From the NCBI GenBank assembly GCA_963708075.1, contig OY970194.1, forward strand, positions 96,001 through 160,000: DNA of 64,000 nt. The letters run 5' to 3'. Below are positions 49,977 to 58,238 of the stretch, one piece after another. This stretch comes from Sedimentisphaerales bacterium (GTDB lineage Bacteria > Planctomycetota > Phycisphaerae > Sedimentisphaerales > Anaerobacaceae). Below the pieces are notes generated by a model. It did no database searches. It had not been told where the DNA came from and worked only from the letters and a program-made list of their open reading frames with translations. Position numbers and translations under genes: made by a program. The first letter of the stretch is position 1, and every line of letters starts with the position of its first letter.

Positions 49977-50570
49977 GTGAACAGTGATTACGATTTCAGG
50001 ATCATGCGCGTGCTGCGTCGCCGGTTGAATCTGACACTACACGCATTGGCGGAACGGTCCGGGCTGACGTATCCCACGGTCGAGTCGATCGAGACGAACA
50101 AGAACCTGCCCTCGCTCAAGACACTCGACGCATTGGCCGGAGCCTTGCAGATCTCCACCAGCGACATGATCGGCCTGGCCGAGCGACGGCTGGTGCAGAG
50201 GCGAAAGGCGGAGATCGAGCCACGCAGCAGCATGAAAAGCGACAAGGGCCTGGAGAACTGCAGGGTGGCGCGCTATGACAAGGGCAAGCTCATTCGTGTG
50301 ACCGCCGAGAAGGGCGACTACGTCCACGTGATGGGATTGCACGAGGACATTCATGAGTTCTGCTACGTCCTCAGCGGCTGCGTAGAGCTGCGGATCGAGG
50401 ACAAGACCTATCGCCTGGAGCAGGACGATACGATCCTCTTCGACGGCCTGCTGGACCACTCTTACACGCAGCTTGAAGCAGGGGAGTACGTGACCGTTCA
50501 CATCCCCAAGGACATCCGGATCCTGGAAAGACTCCTCGAAGGCAAGGCCGAGGACTCGCCGGAGGCATGA
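49977..50570 (+). CDS. XRE-family HTH plus cupin transcriptional regulator
   Basis: LTLHALAERSGL..IE.NKNLPSLKTL; EFCYVLSG..LEQDDTILFD..HSY. Confidence 0.9.
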   Translation: MNSDYDFRIMRVLRRRLNLTLHALAERSGLTYPTVESIETNKNLPSLKTLDALAGALQISTSDMIGLAERRLVQRRKAEIEPRSSMKSDKGLENCRVARYDKGKLIRVTAEKGDYVHVMGLHEDIHEFCYVLSGCVELRIEDKTYRLEQDDTILFDGLLDHSYTQLEAGEYVTVHIPKDIRILERLLEGKAEDSPEA

Positions 50571-50612
50571 TTGCGGCGCGCCTGCACAACGGGCTGTTGC
50601 CGGTGAGCCTCA

Positions 50613-51752
50613 TCATGTTGTGGCGACAGGAGCTGCGCCGGCTTGTTCGGTGGAGGCATTGCATCCGAGATACCGGTTCGCCAGATCCAGCACGGCTCGG
50701 GCCGGTGCCTCCTTGACCTTCTGGGCCATCGTCACGGCACGGGCCATGTCCTCGTTGGAGACTCCGTGTTTGCGTGCCTGGGCGTAATGGTACTTGAAGC
50801 AGGGCTCACAGTTGGCCGCAATGGCCGCTCCAATCGCCACAAGCTCACCAACCGCCACCGTGTACACTCGCTGCGGTCTTTCCTCGACTCCTGACGCTGA
50901 TCCTTCGGCCTTCTTCGCCGAGACTCCGAGACTGGTGACGTAGTCTCCTGCCTTTGTTCCTTCGGGCAGATTTTCAATGATCTTGTGATACAGCGGATCG
51001 TTCCAATCCATCATGGCATCCACATATCCTGGCTTGGGCGTCAGTTGAATCTCCACCAGTCCCGCTGCCTCCGCCATCGCGCGGGTCTGGTCTACCAGCA
51101 CGGCTCCGGCCACACAGCCGATGAGAGATTCGACCATATTCCGGATCTCCTCCGGCAACGGCTTGAGCAGGGCCAAGTCGGAGATGGCGACGCGCCCACC
51201 GGGCTTCAGTATCCGCCCGATCTCGCGCCAGACCTGGGGCTTGTCCGGCGACAAGTTCAGCACGCAGTTGGAGATCACGACATCCACGCTGGCATCGGCC
51301 AGTGGCAGGTGTTCGATCTCACCCAGCCGGAACTCGACGTTATCAAGGCCCGTTCGCTGCCGGTATGCTGCCACGCCGTGACGTGCCTTGCTCACCATAT
51401 CGGCAGTCATGTCCACGCCGATCACGCGGCCCGTCGGGCCAACCTTCGGCCCCGCAAGAAAGACGTCAAAACCTCCTCCGCTGCCCAGATCCAGAACCAC
51501 CTCGCCGGCTTTGAGCGAAGCCAGGGCCGTCGGGTTCCCGCAGGAAAGGCCCATATTGGCCCCTTCGGGCAGTGTGGCAAGCTCCGCCTCGCTGTACCCC
51601 ACTACGCGGGCCACCTGGTCGGCTGTTCCTGAGCCGCAGCACGATGGGCCACAGCATGTCCCACCGGTCTTTGCGATCTTGCCGTAGCCGTCACGGACAG
51701 CTTCCCGGATCTGCTCCTTCGTGTCCCGATCATGATCTCCAGCCATTGTCAT
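50613..51752 (-). CDS. arsM: Arsenite S-adenosylmethyltransferase fused to a CMD/AhpD-like domain
   Basis: [40 protein letters not shown]-terminal [20 protein letters not shown]. Confidence 0.9.
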   Translation of the reverse strand: MTMAGDHDRDTKEQIREAVRDGYGKIAKTGGTCCGPSCCGSGTADQVARVVGYSEAELATLPEGANMGLSCGNPTALASLKAGEVVLDLGSGGGFDVFLAGPKVGPTGRVIGVDMTADMVSKARHGVAAYRQRTGLDNVEFRLGEIEHLPLADASVDVVISNCVLNLSPDKPQVWREIGRILKPGGRVAISDLALLKPLPEEIRNMVESLIGCVAGAVLVDQTRAMAEAAGLVEIQLTPKPGYVDAMMDWNDPLYHKIIENLPEGTKAGDYVTSLGVSAKKAEGSASGVEERPQRVYTVAVGELVAIGAAIAANCEPCFKYHYAQARKHGVSNEDMARAVTMAQKVKEAPARAVLDLANRYLGCNASTEQAGAAPVATT

Positions 51753-51943
51753 ACTTCCTTTCTCGAATTCTTCCGCGAGCGAACAGGCTCTGTATCTGCT
51801 TCAACCGCCATCACAGTTTCAGGCAGAGTCTCGATGAATCTCCTGATTTCATCGCGCACCCGCCGATAATGACCGAGTGCCTCTTGCTCATCCTTGCTGC
51901 TTTGGGCCAGTCTGGGGGGATCATCGAATCCCACATGAATCAT
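51749..51943 (-). pseudogene. arsC: 3' fragment of thioredoxin-dependent arsenate reductase (LMWP fold)
   Basis: IHVGFDDPPRLA...YRRVRDEIRRFI; no N-terminal CxxNxxRS loop. Confidence 0.8.
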
Positions 51944-52134
51944 CCGCCGTCCTTCCTTGCTTCGACCAGTCCGGCCTGCCGCAGCAGGTAGATAGGCTTG
52001 GACACGGTCGAGGGCGCCAGAGCGAGCATTGCCACGATCCGGCAAACGCACAACTCCCCGCCCCTCAGTGCCATCAGTATCCGGAGCCGATTCCCGTCGG
52101 CCAACGCTCTCGTGATGTTCACCATCGTTCGCAT
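51940..52134 (-). pseudogene. arsR: Truncated ArsR/SmtB repressor
   Basis: RALADGNRLRIL, ELCVC, STVSK, AGLVEARKDG then stop inside the wing. Confidence 0.8.
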
Positions 52135-52144
52135 TGTACGCACC

Positions 52145-52173
52145 ATATTTCGCCATATGACGAATTATGTCAA
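52145..52173 (-). promoter_or_regulatory. ars promoter/operator
   Basis: TTGACA-17 bp-AAATAT with palindrome TTCGTCAT/ATGGCGAA in the spacer. Confidence 0.7.
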
Positions 52174-52293
52174 CAGAAAAATACGCGTCAGTGCGGAAAA
52201 TGTTCGATTCGCGGGAAATCCGTGATGGTTGATGATCAGCGGGAGCTTGTGTACGATAGTATGCAGACTCGATAACGATTGTCAGGTGAGGAC

Positions 52294-52656
52294 ATGTTCG
52301 AACGAAAAAGAGAGAAGCTGCTGCCGTGGCCGAAGTTTGCCAAACGGATGGCGTTGTCGTTCCTGCTGACCGTTTGTATCGTCACCACTGCGCTGACGAT
52401 CGGTATTCTCGGCTATCACTATATCGCGCACCTCTCGTGGATCGATGCCTTGCTGAACGCCTCAATGATACTAACCGGGATGGGCCCGGTAGCGACGCTG
52501 ACAGACACGCCGTCGAAGCTGTTCGCCTCTGCGTACGCATTATTCAGCGGAGTCGTCTTCCTCTCCGCTATTGGGATTGTGCTCACTCCGATTTTCCACC
52601 GGATTTTACACAAGTTCCACTTGGACGATGTGGATGAACAAGATGACTCGAGATGA
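52294..52656 (+). CDS. Small two-TM membrane protein (ion-channel pore-like)
   Basis: TM - GYHY..LSWIDALLNASMILTGMGP - TM; no intact GYG filter. Confidence 0.7.
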   Translation: MFERKREKLLPWPKFAKRMALSFLLTVCIVTTALTIGILGYHYIAHLSWIDALLNASMILTGMGPVATLTDTPSKLFASAYALFSGVVFLSAIGIVLTPIFHRILHKFHLDDVDEQDDSR

Positions 52657-52685
52657 CAACGCTTCGAGCATGGTCGCAGGGTGTC

Positions 52686-52890
52686 TCATGCTCTGTAGAT
52701 CAGATACAGGCCGGCGAGCAGGACGAGGATGCCGCAGAGTGTTTGAGGATGACCGCGCCTTTGGACTTCTCGTTTCAGTTCAGGTAGCGCTGGACCAGCC
52801 CTGTGCTGGTGCCGGCGACGATGATAACGGAGCAGTGGCCGAGGCCGTAGAGGATGAGCAGTGCGATCCCGTAGAGCAGGGCCACGAATA
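52686..52890 (-). pseudogene. ccdA: 3' remnant of a CcdA-like cytochrome c biogenesis / disulfide transporter
   Basis: Hand translation LLILYGLGHCSVIIVAGTSTGLVQRYLN*NEKSKGAVILK / LCGILVLLAGLYLIYRA*; in-frame TGA, frameshift, no 5' half. Confidence 0.65.
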
Positions 52891-52939
52891 CAGATGAAGG
52901 AGTACCCAGCTTATTGTTGCCTGCAATCCCGATCTGAAC

Positions 52940-53314
52940 TCAACTCAGGAGCGGCCCTGCGGCATCCGCCACAATTTCAACGTTCCGGTCGGTCACGGGG
53001 GCTTTGCCCTTTTCCATTCCGAGGTCCGTGACGCGCACGTGTGCGAACTTCGTGAACCCGGCCTGCTCCAGTGTTTTCTTTGTGCAATCGAGCGAGCAGC
53101 CGTCGATGGCCAGGATGTGTGCGCCCGCCCCGGTCTTCTCCAGGATGCCCTGCACCCGACCGCCGATACCGGCCAGACAGAACATCTTGCCCTTGCCGTC
53201 CCTGGTCAGCTTGCGTGCCGCCCGGTCGCTGATTGCGCCGACATCGGCGACCCCGGAACACGCGAAGATCAACTTCTCCCCGCCGACACACTCGTGTGGA
53301 TTCGCGCTACTCAT
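52940..53314 (-). CDS. DGC domain putative zinc-binding protein
   Basis: FACSG, MFCLAGIGG, AIDGCSLDC. Confidence 0.9.
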   Translation of the reverse strand: MSSANPHECVGGEKLIFACSGVADVGAISDRAARKLTRDGKGKMFCLAGIGGRVQGILEKTGAGAHILAIDGCSLDCTKKTLEQAGFTKFAHVRVTDLGMEKGKAPVTDRNVEIVADAAGPLLS

Positions 53315-53324
53315 CCTGATCTCC

Positions 53325-53558
53325 TTACGCCAGCCATTTCTTGATTTCATCCGGCGAGGGCACCTTGCCGACGACTTTCACCTTCCCATCGATCGCCAGG
53401 GCCGGCGTCATCATCACGCCGAATTTCATGATCTCGTTGATGTCAGTGACCTTCTCGATGCTGCATTCGACACCCGCGGCTTTGACCGCGGCCGCGGCGT
53501 TCTCCGCCAGCTTCTTGCACTTGGGACATCCCGTCCCGAGCACCTGTATTCTTGTCAT
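53325..53558 (-). CDS. Small thioredoxin/glutaredoxin-like protein (MTH895/TM0996 type)
   Basis: MTRIQVLGTGCPKC...GVMMTPALAIDG; GAGG RBS; 3' end of track ORF 53325..54335. Confidence 0.92.
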   Translation of the reverse strand: MTRIQVLGTGCPKCKKLAENAAAAVKAAGVECSIEKVTDINEIMKFGVMMTPALAIDGKVKVVGKVPSPDEIKKWLA

Positions 53559-53572
53559 TGCACGTCCTCTTC

Positions 53573-54910
53573 TTAGAAAAACGCTCCGAATATCATCCCG
53601 GTGATGGTTGACATGATGACCACGAGCGACACATAGACAGCGGTCTTCTGCGTCCCCATGATGGAACGGAGCACCAGTATGCTGGGCAGGGATAGAGCCG
53701 GGTCGGACAGCAGCATCGCCATCGCCGGGCCCTTGCCCATGCCGGCTCCCATGAGCCCCTGCACGATCGGCACTTCGGTCAATGTCGAGAAATACATGAA
53801 TGCTCCGAAGACCGACGCAAAGAGATTCGCCCTGAGGGAGTTGCCGCCCACCGCTGCGTTGACCCAAGTCGCCGGAATAATACCCTCGTGGTCTGGGCCG
53901 GGCTGGCCCAACAGGAAGCCCGCCATGAGCACCCCGAAGAGCAGCAATGGCATGATCTGCTTGGCGAAGCCCCAGGTCGCCTCCAGCCACTCGCGCAACT
54001 CGTCCCGGCTGAACCATGAGCCGGCCATGAAGGCAAAGGCCGCCAGCAAGGCCACCACAAGAGCCCAGCGGAGCCGATAGATCCACTCGTAAACGGTGTT
54101 CTTCTGCACATCGTCCATCCGCTGCAGGAGGCCGGCCGGCAGGTGGCGGGTCTTGCCTGCGGTATTCACGAGGGTCACAGTCTCTTCCGTCCTGCTGACC
54201 AGCTTTCCCTCGACCTGATACGTGCTCAGCCCGTTGGGACAGCAGAGAATGAAGGCCCGCACATCGCCGCTGCGGGCCCAGTTTGCGAATACGAGGATAC
54301 CGACCATGGAGGCGAAATAGGCGGCATTCTGCCATAAAGGTCGTGCGACCTGCAGCTCGGGCAGGACCGCCTGGTCAGCCACTTTTGCGAGTTCCTCGCG
54401 CCGGTAGATCAAGTGCATCAGCAGCCCGATGATGATACTGAAGGCCACAGCCCCGACCGCCCGCGCGACGCCGATCTCAAAGCCAAGGATCCGGGCCGTC
54501 AGGATGATCGCCAGGACATTGATAGCCGGGCCGGAGTAGAGAAATGCCGTAGCCGGACCCAGCCCCGCGCCCATTCTGTAAATCCCCGCAAATAGCGGCA
54601 ACACCGTGCAGGAGCATACGGCCAGCACGGAGCCGGAGACCGATGCAACGCCGTAGGCGAGGACCTTGTTGGCCCGGGCGCCGAGATACTTCATCACCGA
54701 CGCCTGGCTGACGAAGACAGCGATCCCGCCGGCGATGAAGAATGCCGGGACAAGGCACAGCAGAACGTGCTCCCTCGCGTACCACCTGGTCAGGCTGAAC
54801 GCCTCTGTGACGGCGCCGTTGAAACGAGGGGCCTCCACCGGCAGGTAGAAGAACGCGAGAAAAACGACCCCGATGCCGGCGAGCTTCTTCCATTCGTTTT
54901 TCCAGTCCAT
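53573..54910 (-). CDS. arsP: ArsP/DUF318 family permease with inserted soluble domain
   Basis: EHVLLCLVPAFFIAG, VCSCTVLPLF, FLYSGPAIN, YFSTLTEVP, PALSLP. Confidence 0.85.
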   Translation of the reverse strand: MDWKNEWKKLAGIGVVFLAFFYLPVEAPRFNGAVTEAFSLTRWYAREHVLLCLVPAFFIAGGIAVFVSQASVMKYLGARANKVLAYGVASVSGSVLAVCSCTVLPLFAGIYRMGAGLGPATAFLYSGPAINVLAIILTARILGFEIGVARAVGAVAFSIIIGLLMHLIYRREELAKVADQAVLPELQVARPLWQNAAYFASMVGILVFANWARSGDVRAFILCCPNGLSTYQVEGKLVSRTEETVTLVNTAGKTRHLPAGLLQRMDDVQKNTVYEWIYRLRWALVVALLAAFAFMAGSWFSRDELREWLEATWGFAKQIMPLLLFGVLMAGFLLGQPGPDHEGIIPATWVNAAVGGNSLRANLFASVFGAFMYFSTLTEVPIVQGLMGAGMGKGPAMAMLLSDPALSLPSILVLRSIMGTQKTAVYVSLVVIMSTITGMIFGAFF

Positions 54911-54923
54911 GCAGCAGCTCCTG

Positions 54924-55253
54924 TCACAGCGCGGCCAACAGCTTCTCGTTGTCCTTCGCCTGCTGTTTCACAACTCGAGTGATACACGACAGCCACTCCG
55001 CGACACAAGGCGTTTTGAGGTTGTAGAAGACCTTGAGTCCATCCTTGCGGCAGGTCAGCACGCCGGCGTGGACCATGACCGCCAGATGCCGCGAGATATT
55101 CGACCGCTCGGAGCCAACGTGCTCGGCGATGTCACAGACGCACCGCTCACCCTCCTTGAGGAAATCGATCACCGCAATCCGCAGCGGATGCGCCACCGCC
55201 TTGGCAATCCCCGCCTGGCGTTCGAACAAAAGTGCCTTCGTCTTGTCTATCAT
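54924..55253 (-). CDS. arsR: ArsR/SmtB family repressor
   Basis: KAVAHPLRI, GERCVC, SNISRHL, RKDGLKVFY. Confidence 0.88.
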   Translation of the reverse strand: MIDKTKALLFERQAGIAKAVAHPLRIAVIDFLKEGERCVCDIAEHVGSERSNISRHLAVMVHAGVLTCRKDGLKVFYNLKTPCVAEWLSCITRVVKQQAKDNEKLLAAL

Positions 55254-55267
55254 GGTGAACTCCAACT

Positions 55268-55314
55268 ATATGATAACATAGTCACATAGTAACCCATGCG
55301 GATACAGATGTCAA
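55268..55314 (-). promoter_or_regulatory. Sigma70 promoter of the arsR-arsP operon with imperfect inverted repeat
   Basis: TTGACA (55314-55309)-17 bp-TACTAT (55291-55286); TATGTGAC-TAT-GTTATCATA overlaps the -10/+1 region. Confidence 0.75.
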
Positions 55315-55330
55315 CAAGAAAATCGATGAG

Positions 55331-55552
55331 TCAGCGAATCTGTTCCCATTCCTCCCGTGTGATCCCCGCTTGGCGTAGAATGCGAGCCAGCAACTCGCGA
55401 CCAATGTCACCTTTATGAGGGTTGGGGATGGTCAGGGCTGCATCGCCTTTGCACATGAAGTGGTGTTTGCCGCCTCTGTATGGCTCGTCGAATCCCAAGG
55501 CACGCAAGTATCGAATCAAGTCCCTTCTCGATATGGGGCCGAACGGAGGCAT
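55331..55552 (-). CDS. hicA: HicA mRNA interferase toxin
   Basis: LRALGF, GGKHHFM, TIPNPH, LLARILRQAGI. Confidence 0.92.
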   Translation of the reverse strand: MPPFGPISRRDLIRYLRALGFDEPYRGGKHHFMCKGDAALTIPNPHKGDIGRELLARILRQAGITREEWEQIR

Positions 55553-55800
55553 CAGGCCACTATCTCCTTCTTCACAGTCAATTCAATCCCGTCGATCTTG
55601 GGCAGGGGGAGGTTCTTGTGGACTCGAAAGAGGAGCCAGTCCTCAAGTGCCTCGGCGAGTTCACTGCGGCATTCCTCCAGCGTCGCGGCATTGGCATAAA
55701 CCCCTGGGCATTCCGGGATTTCGCCGTAGTACGTGCCGTCGTCGCTCAGGATTTCATAGTGTGCGTGTTCCATCGCGGCCTGAAGGTATTTCGTGAGCAT
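55552..55800 (-). CDS. hicB: HicB antitoxin (short form, no DNA-binding domain)
   Basis: YYGEIPECPGV.A...TLEEC..EL.EALE.W...LP.I; 1-bp overlap with hicA. Confidence 0.92.
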   Translation of the reverse strand: MLTKYLQAAMEHAHYEILSDDGTYYGEIPECPGVYANAATLEECRSELAEALEDWLLFRVHKNLPLPKIDGIELTVKKEIVA

Positions 55801-55988
55801 ATGTCAGCATCCTGTCCCTGTGATTCTCGATCCTGCAGCTTGTGTAGAACGTTCCTATACTGCTATATTACCATTTGGCGATTACGGCATCAATTCTTCT
55901 CCTCTCGGCATGGACCCTATGTCATGTTGGCAGTTGATATCTTGGGGCGGCGGTGGTAGAAATTGGCGTTTCCATGGTTGTGGCGGAT

Positions 55989-57119
55989 ATGAAGAAAAAA
56001 CGGGTGTTCATTAGTGTGAACGATCCCAGTGCGGATGCGCACTGTGCGGGGCTGATTGCTGCGCTGAAGCGGGCCGGGACGCCGATTGAGTTCGTCGGGA
56101 TCGGGGGGCCGAAGATGACGGCCGCAGGGTGCGAATTGCTCGAAAGCACCGTCGGCAAGGCCGTGATGGGCTACAACGCCGTGGCTCATCTCGGGCACTA
56201 CTACGCACTCTTGCGACGCGTACGGGCCTATCTGCGGGAGCATCCTGTCGATCTGGTGATCGTGTGTGATTCGCCCTCGTTCAATTTCCACGTGGCCAAG
56301 GCGGCGAACGAGGCAGGCATCAAGACCCTGTTTTATGTGGCTCCGCAGCTTTGGGCGTGGGGCGGGTGGCGCATCCATAAGCTCCGCCGACTCTGTGACA
56401 AGCTCTGCTGCATCCTGCCTTTCGAGGAATCGTGGTTTCGCCAGAGGGGTGTGGATACGGTCTTCGTTGGCAACCCACTGCTCGACAAGCTGCCGAGCGA
56501 CCTGACCGGCTTTCGCAAGGACTACTCCCATTTCGAGCCGAGGGACGCCAGGATCGCCCTGATGCCGGGCTCGAGATCGGCGGAGATCGGGACCCTGTGG
56601 CGGCCGATGCAGGAGATCGCCGGGCGACTGAAACAGAAGTACCCGGGCATGAGCTTTGTCGTCGTGGCGGCCAGCGATGAGCGGCGGCGATTGCTGGAAC
56701 AGGCCCAGGTCCCCGGCTTTGCCTGCGAGTACTCCGTGGACACAGTCCGTGACACGGCATCGCGGGTGGACTTCTCGATTGTGGCCAGCGGCAGCGCGAC
56801 GCTGGAGGTGGCGTCCTCCGGCTGTCCCATGGTGACCATGTACCACACGAGCCCCGTTCTGTGGCACCTCATCGGACGGTGGCTGGTCCGGACGAAGTTC
56901 TTCACGTTGGTCAATCTCCTTGCCGGCCGGCGATTAGTGCCTGAGTTCATACCGTTCTTTACCGCCGTCGAGCCGATCATCCGGACGATTGACGATTACC
57001 TGCAGGACAAAGACCTCCTGACGCGAACGAGCAACGAGTTGATCGATATGGTGGAGCCGATGACACGAAAGAAAGCCGGCGATGCGGTGGCGGCTGTTGT
57101 CACGGAAATGCTGAGATGA
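55989..57119 (+). CDS. lpxB: Lipid-A-disaccharide synthase
   Basis: GIGGPKM, DSPSFN, YVAPQLWAW, ILPFE, FVGNPL, LMPGSRSAE, ASGSATLE, PEFI. Confidence 0.93.
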   Translation: MKKKRVFISVNDPSADAHCAGLIAALKRAGTPIEFVGIGGPKMTAAGCELLESTVGKAVMGYNAVAHLGHYYALLRRVRAYLREHPVDLVIVCDSPSFNFHVAKAANEAGIKTLFYVAPQLWAWGGWRIHKLRRLCDKLCCILPFEESWFRQRGVDTVFVGNPLLDKLPSDLTGFRKDYSHFEPRDARIALMPGSRSAEIGTLWRPMQEIAGRLKQKYPGMSFVVVAASDERRRLLEQAQVPGFACEYSVDTVRDTASRVDFSIVASGSATLEVASSGCPMVTMYHTSPVLWHLIGRWLVRTKFFTLVNLLAGRRLVPEFIPFFTAVEPIIRTIDDYLQDKDLLTRTSNELIDMVEPMTRKKAGDAVAAVVTEMLR

Positions 57120-57152
57120 TCGTGACCACCGGCGACGTTCATTTTCACCCGT

Positions 57153-58100
57153 ATGGTTTCCATGAATAGCATGACAAAAGCCGGCCGGATCGATATGGCC
57201 GCCACCGGAGCTTGCCTTGGCGCGGTGGCCCTCTGGTCGACAGGGCCTATCTTCATCAAATATCTGGCTGGGCCGATTGATTCCTGGTGCCAGAACGCGC
57301 TGCGCTACTCCGTGGCGTTTCTTTTCTGGTTCCCTTTCCTGTTGTATGTCATGAGGAACGGAGCCCTTGATCCTCGGACCTGGCGCCGGGCCATCCTGCC
57401 CTCCGTGGCCAACGTCGTGATGCAGAGCCTGTACGCAGCCGCCTTCTATCACATTGACCCCGGCTTTCTCACCCTGCTATCCAATACCTCGGCCCTCTGG
57501 GTCGCCGGCTTCTCGCTGACGCTGTTTCCGGAGGAAAGACCGCTGCTTGCCAGTGCCCGCTTCTGGGGCGGCCTCCTGCTTTCTCTCAGCGGCTTGTTCG
57601 GAATCTTGTACTTCAAAGAGGGATTCGGCGAGAAACGCACCCAGATCGGTGTCCTCCTCATCCTTTTGCAGGCCCTGATGTGGGGGGTGTACACGATTAC
57701 TGTGAAGACCGCGTTTCGGGACATCGACTCGCGGACCGGGTTCTCCGTGATCAGTATCTACACGGTCGTCGGGCTGTGGATCTGCACGTTCCTGTGGGGC
57801 CATCCCGGGCCGGCGCTGGACCTGGGGATGGGGCCCTGGGCAGCGATCATATTCTCGGGCATCACCGGCATCGCCCTGGCCCACGTCTTCTATTATACGG
57901 CCATCCAACGCATCGGGGCGACAATCCCCATGCTGGTGGTCCTGGCCCAGCCTTTCCTTGTCTTTGGCCTGTCCCACACCATCTTTCACGAGCGGCTCAA
58001 TGGTCCTCAATTGCTTTGCGGCGTAGTCCTGCTGATGGGGTCTGGGCTATCCATCTGGGCTCAGCAGCATCTGCGGCCCAGAATGTCGAAGCGGGTCTGA
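57153..58100 (+). CDS. DMT/EamA family transporter
   Basis: About 10 TM helices in two EamA repeats; LWSTGPIFIK, AIQRIGA, FHERL. Confidence 0.9.
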   Translation: MVSMNSMTKAGRIDMAATGACLGAVALWSTGPIFIKYLAGPIDSWCQNALRYSVAFLFWFPFLLYVMRNGALDPRTWRRAILPSVANVVMQSLYAAAFYHIDPGFLTLLSNTSALWVAGFSLTLFPEERPLLASARFWGGLLLSLSGLFGILYFKEGFGEKRTQIGVLLILLQALMWGVYTITVKTAFRDIDSRTGFSVISIYTVVGLWICTFLWGHPGPALDLGMGPWAAIIFSGITGIALAHVFYYTAIQRIGATIPMLVVLAQPFLVFGLSHTIFHERLNGPQLLCGVVLLMGSGLSIWAQQHLRPRMSKRV

Positions 58101-58238
58101 AACCCGCCCGTAGGGCTGCCGACTGCCGGTGGGATCTGAAAGCTGTTGAACTCCCCTGAACTGTTCGGTACAATGGATCTTCTATGTATGGGCGTGTACA
58201 CCCGGCGGGAGCGGGGCGGTTAATTTAGAACGATTTCG

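Noticed and set aside
51749..52156. 135-aa ORF as an intact gene
   Set aside because: Chimeric reading of the arsR'/'arsC junction; the N-terminal half is out-of-frame arsR
53559..54335. 336-aa ORF 53325..54335 as one gene
   Set aside because: Only the last 77 codons (thioredoxin-like, own RBS) are real; the rest overlaps the permease out of frame
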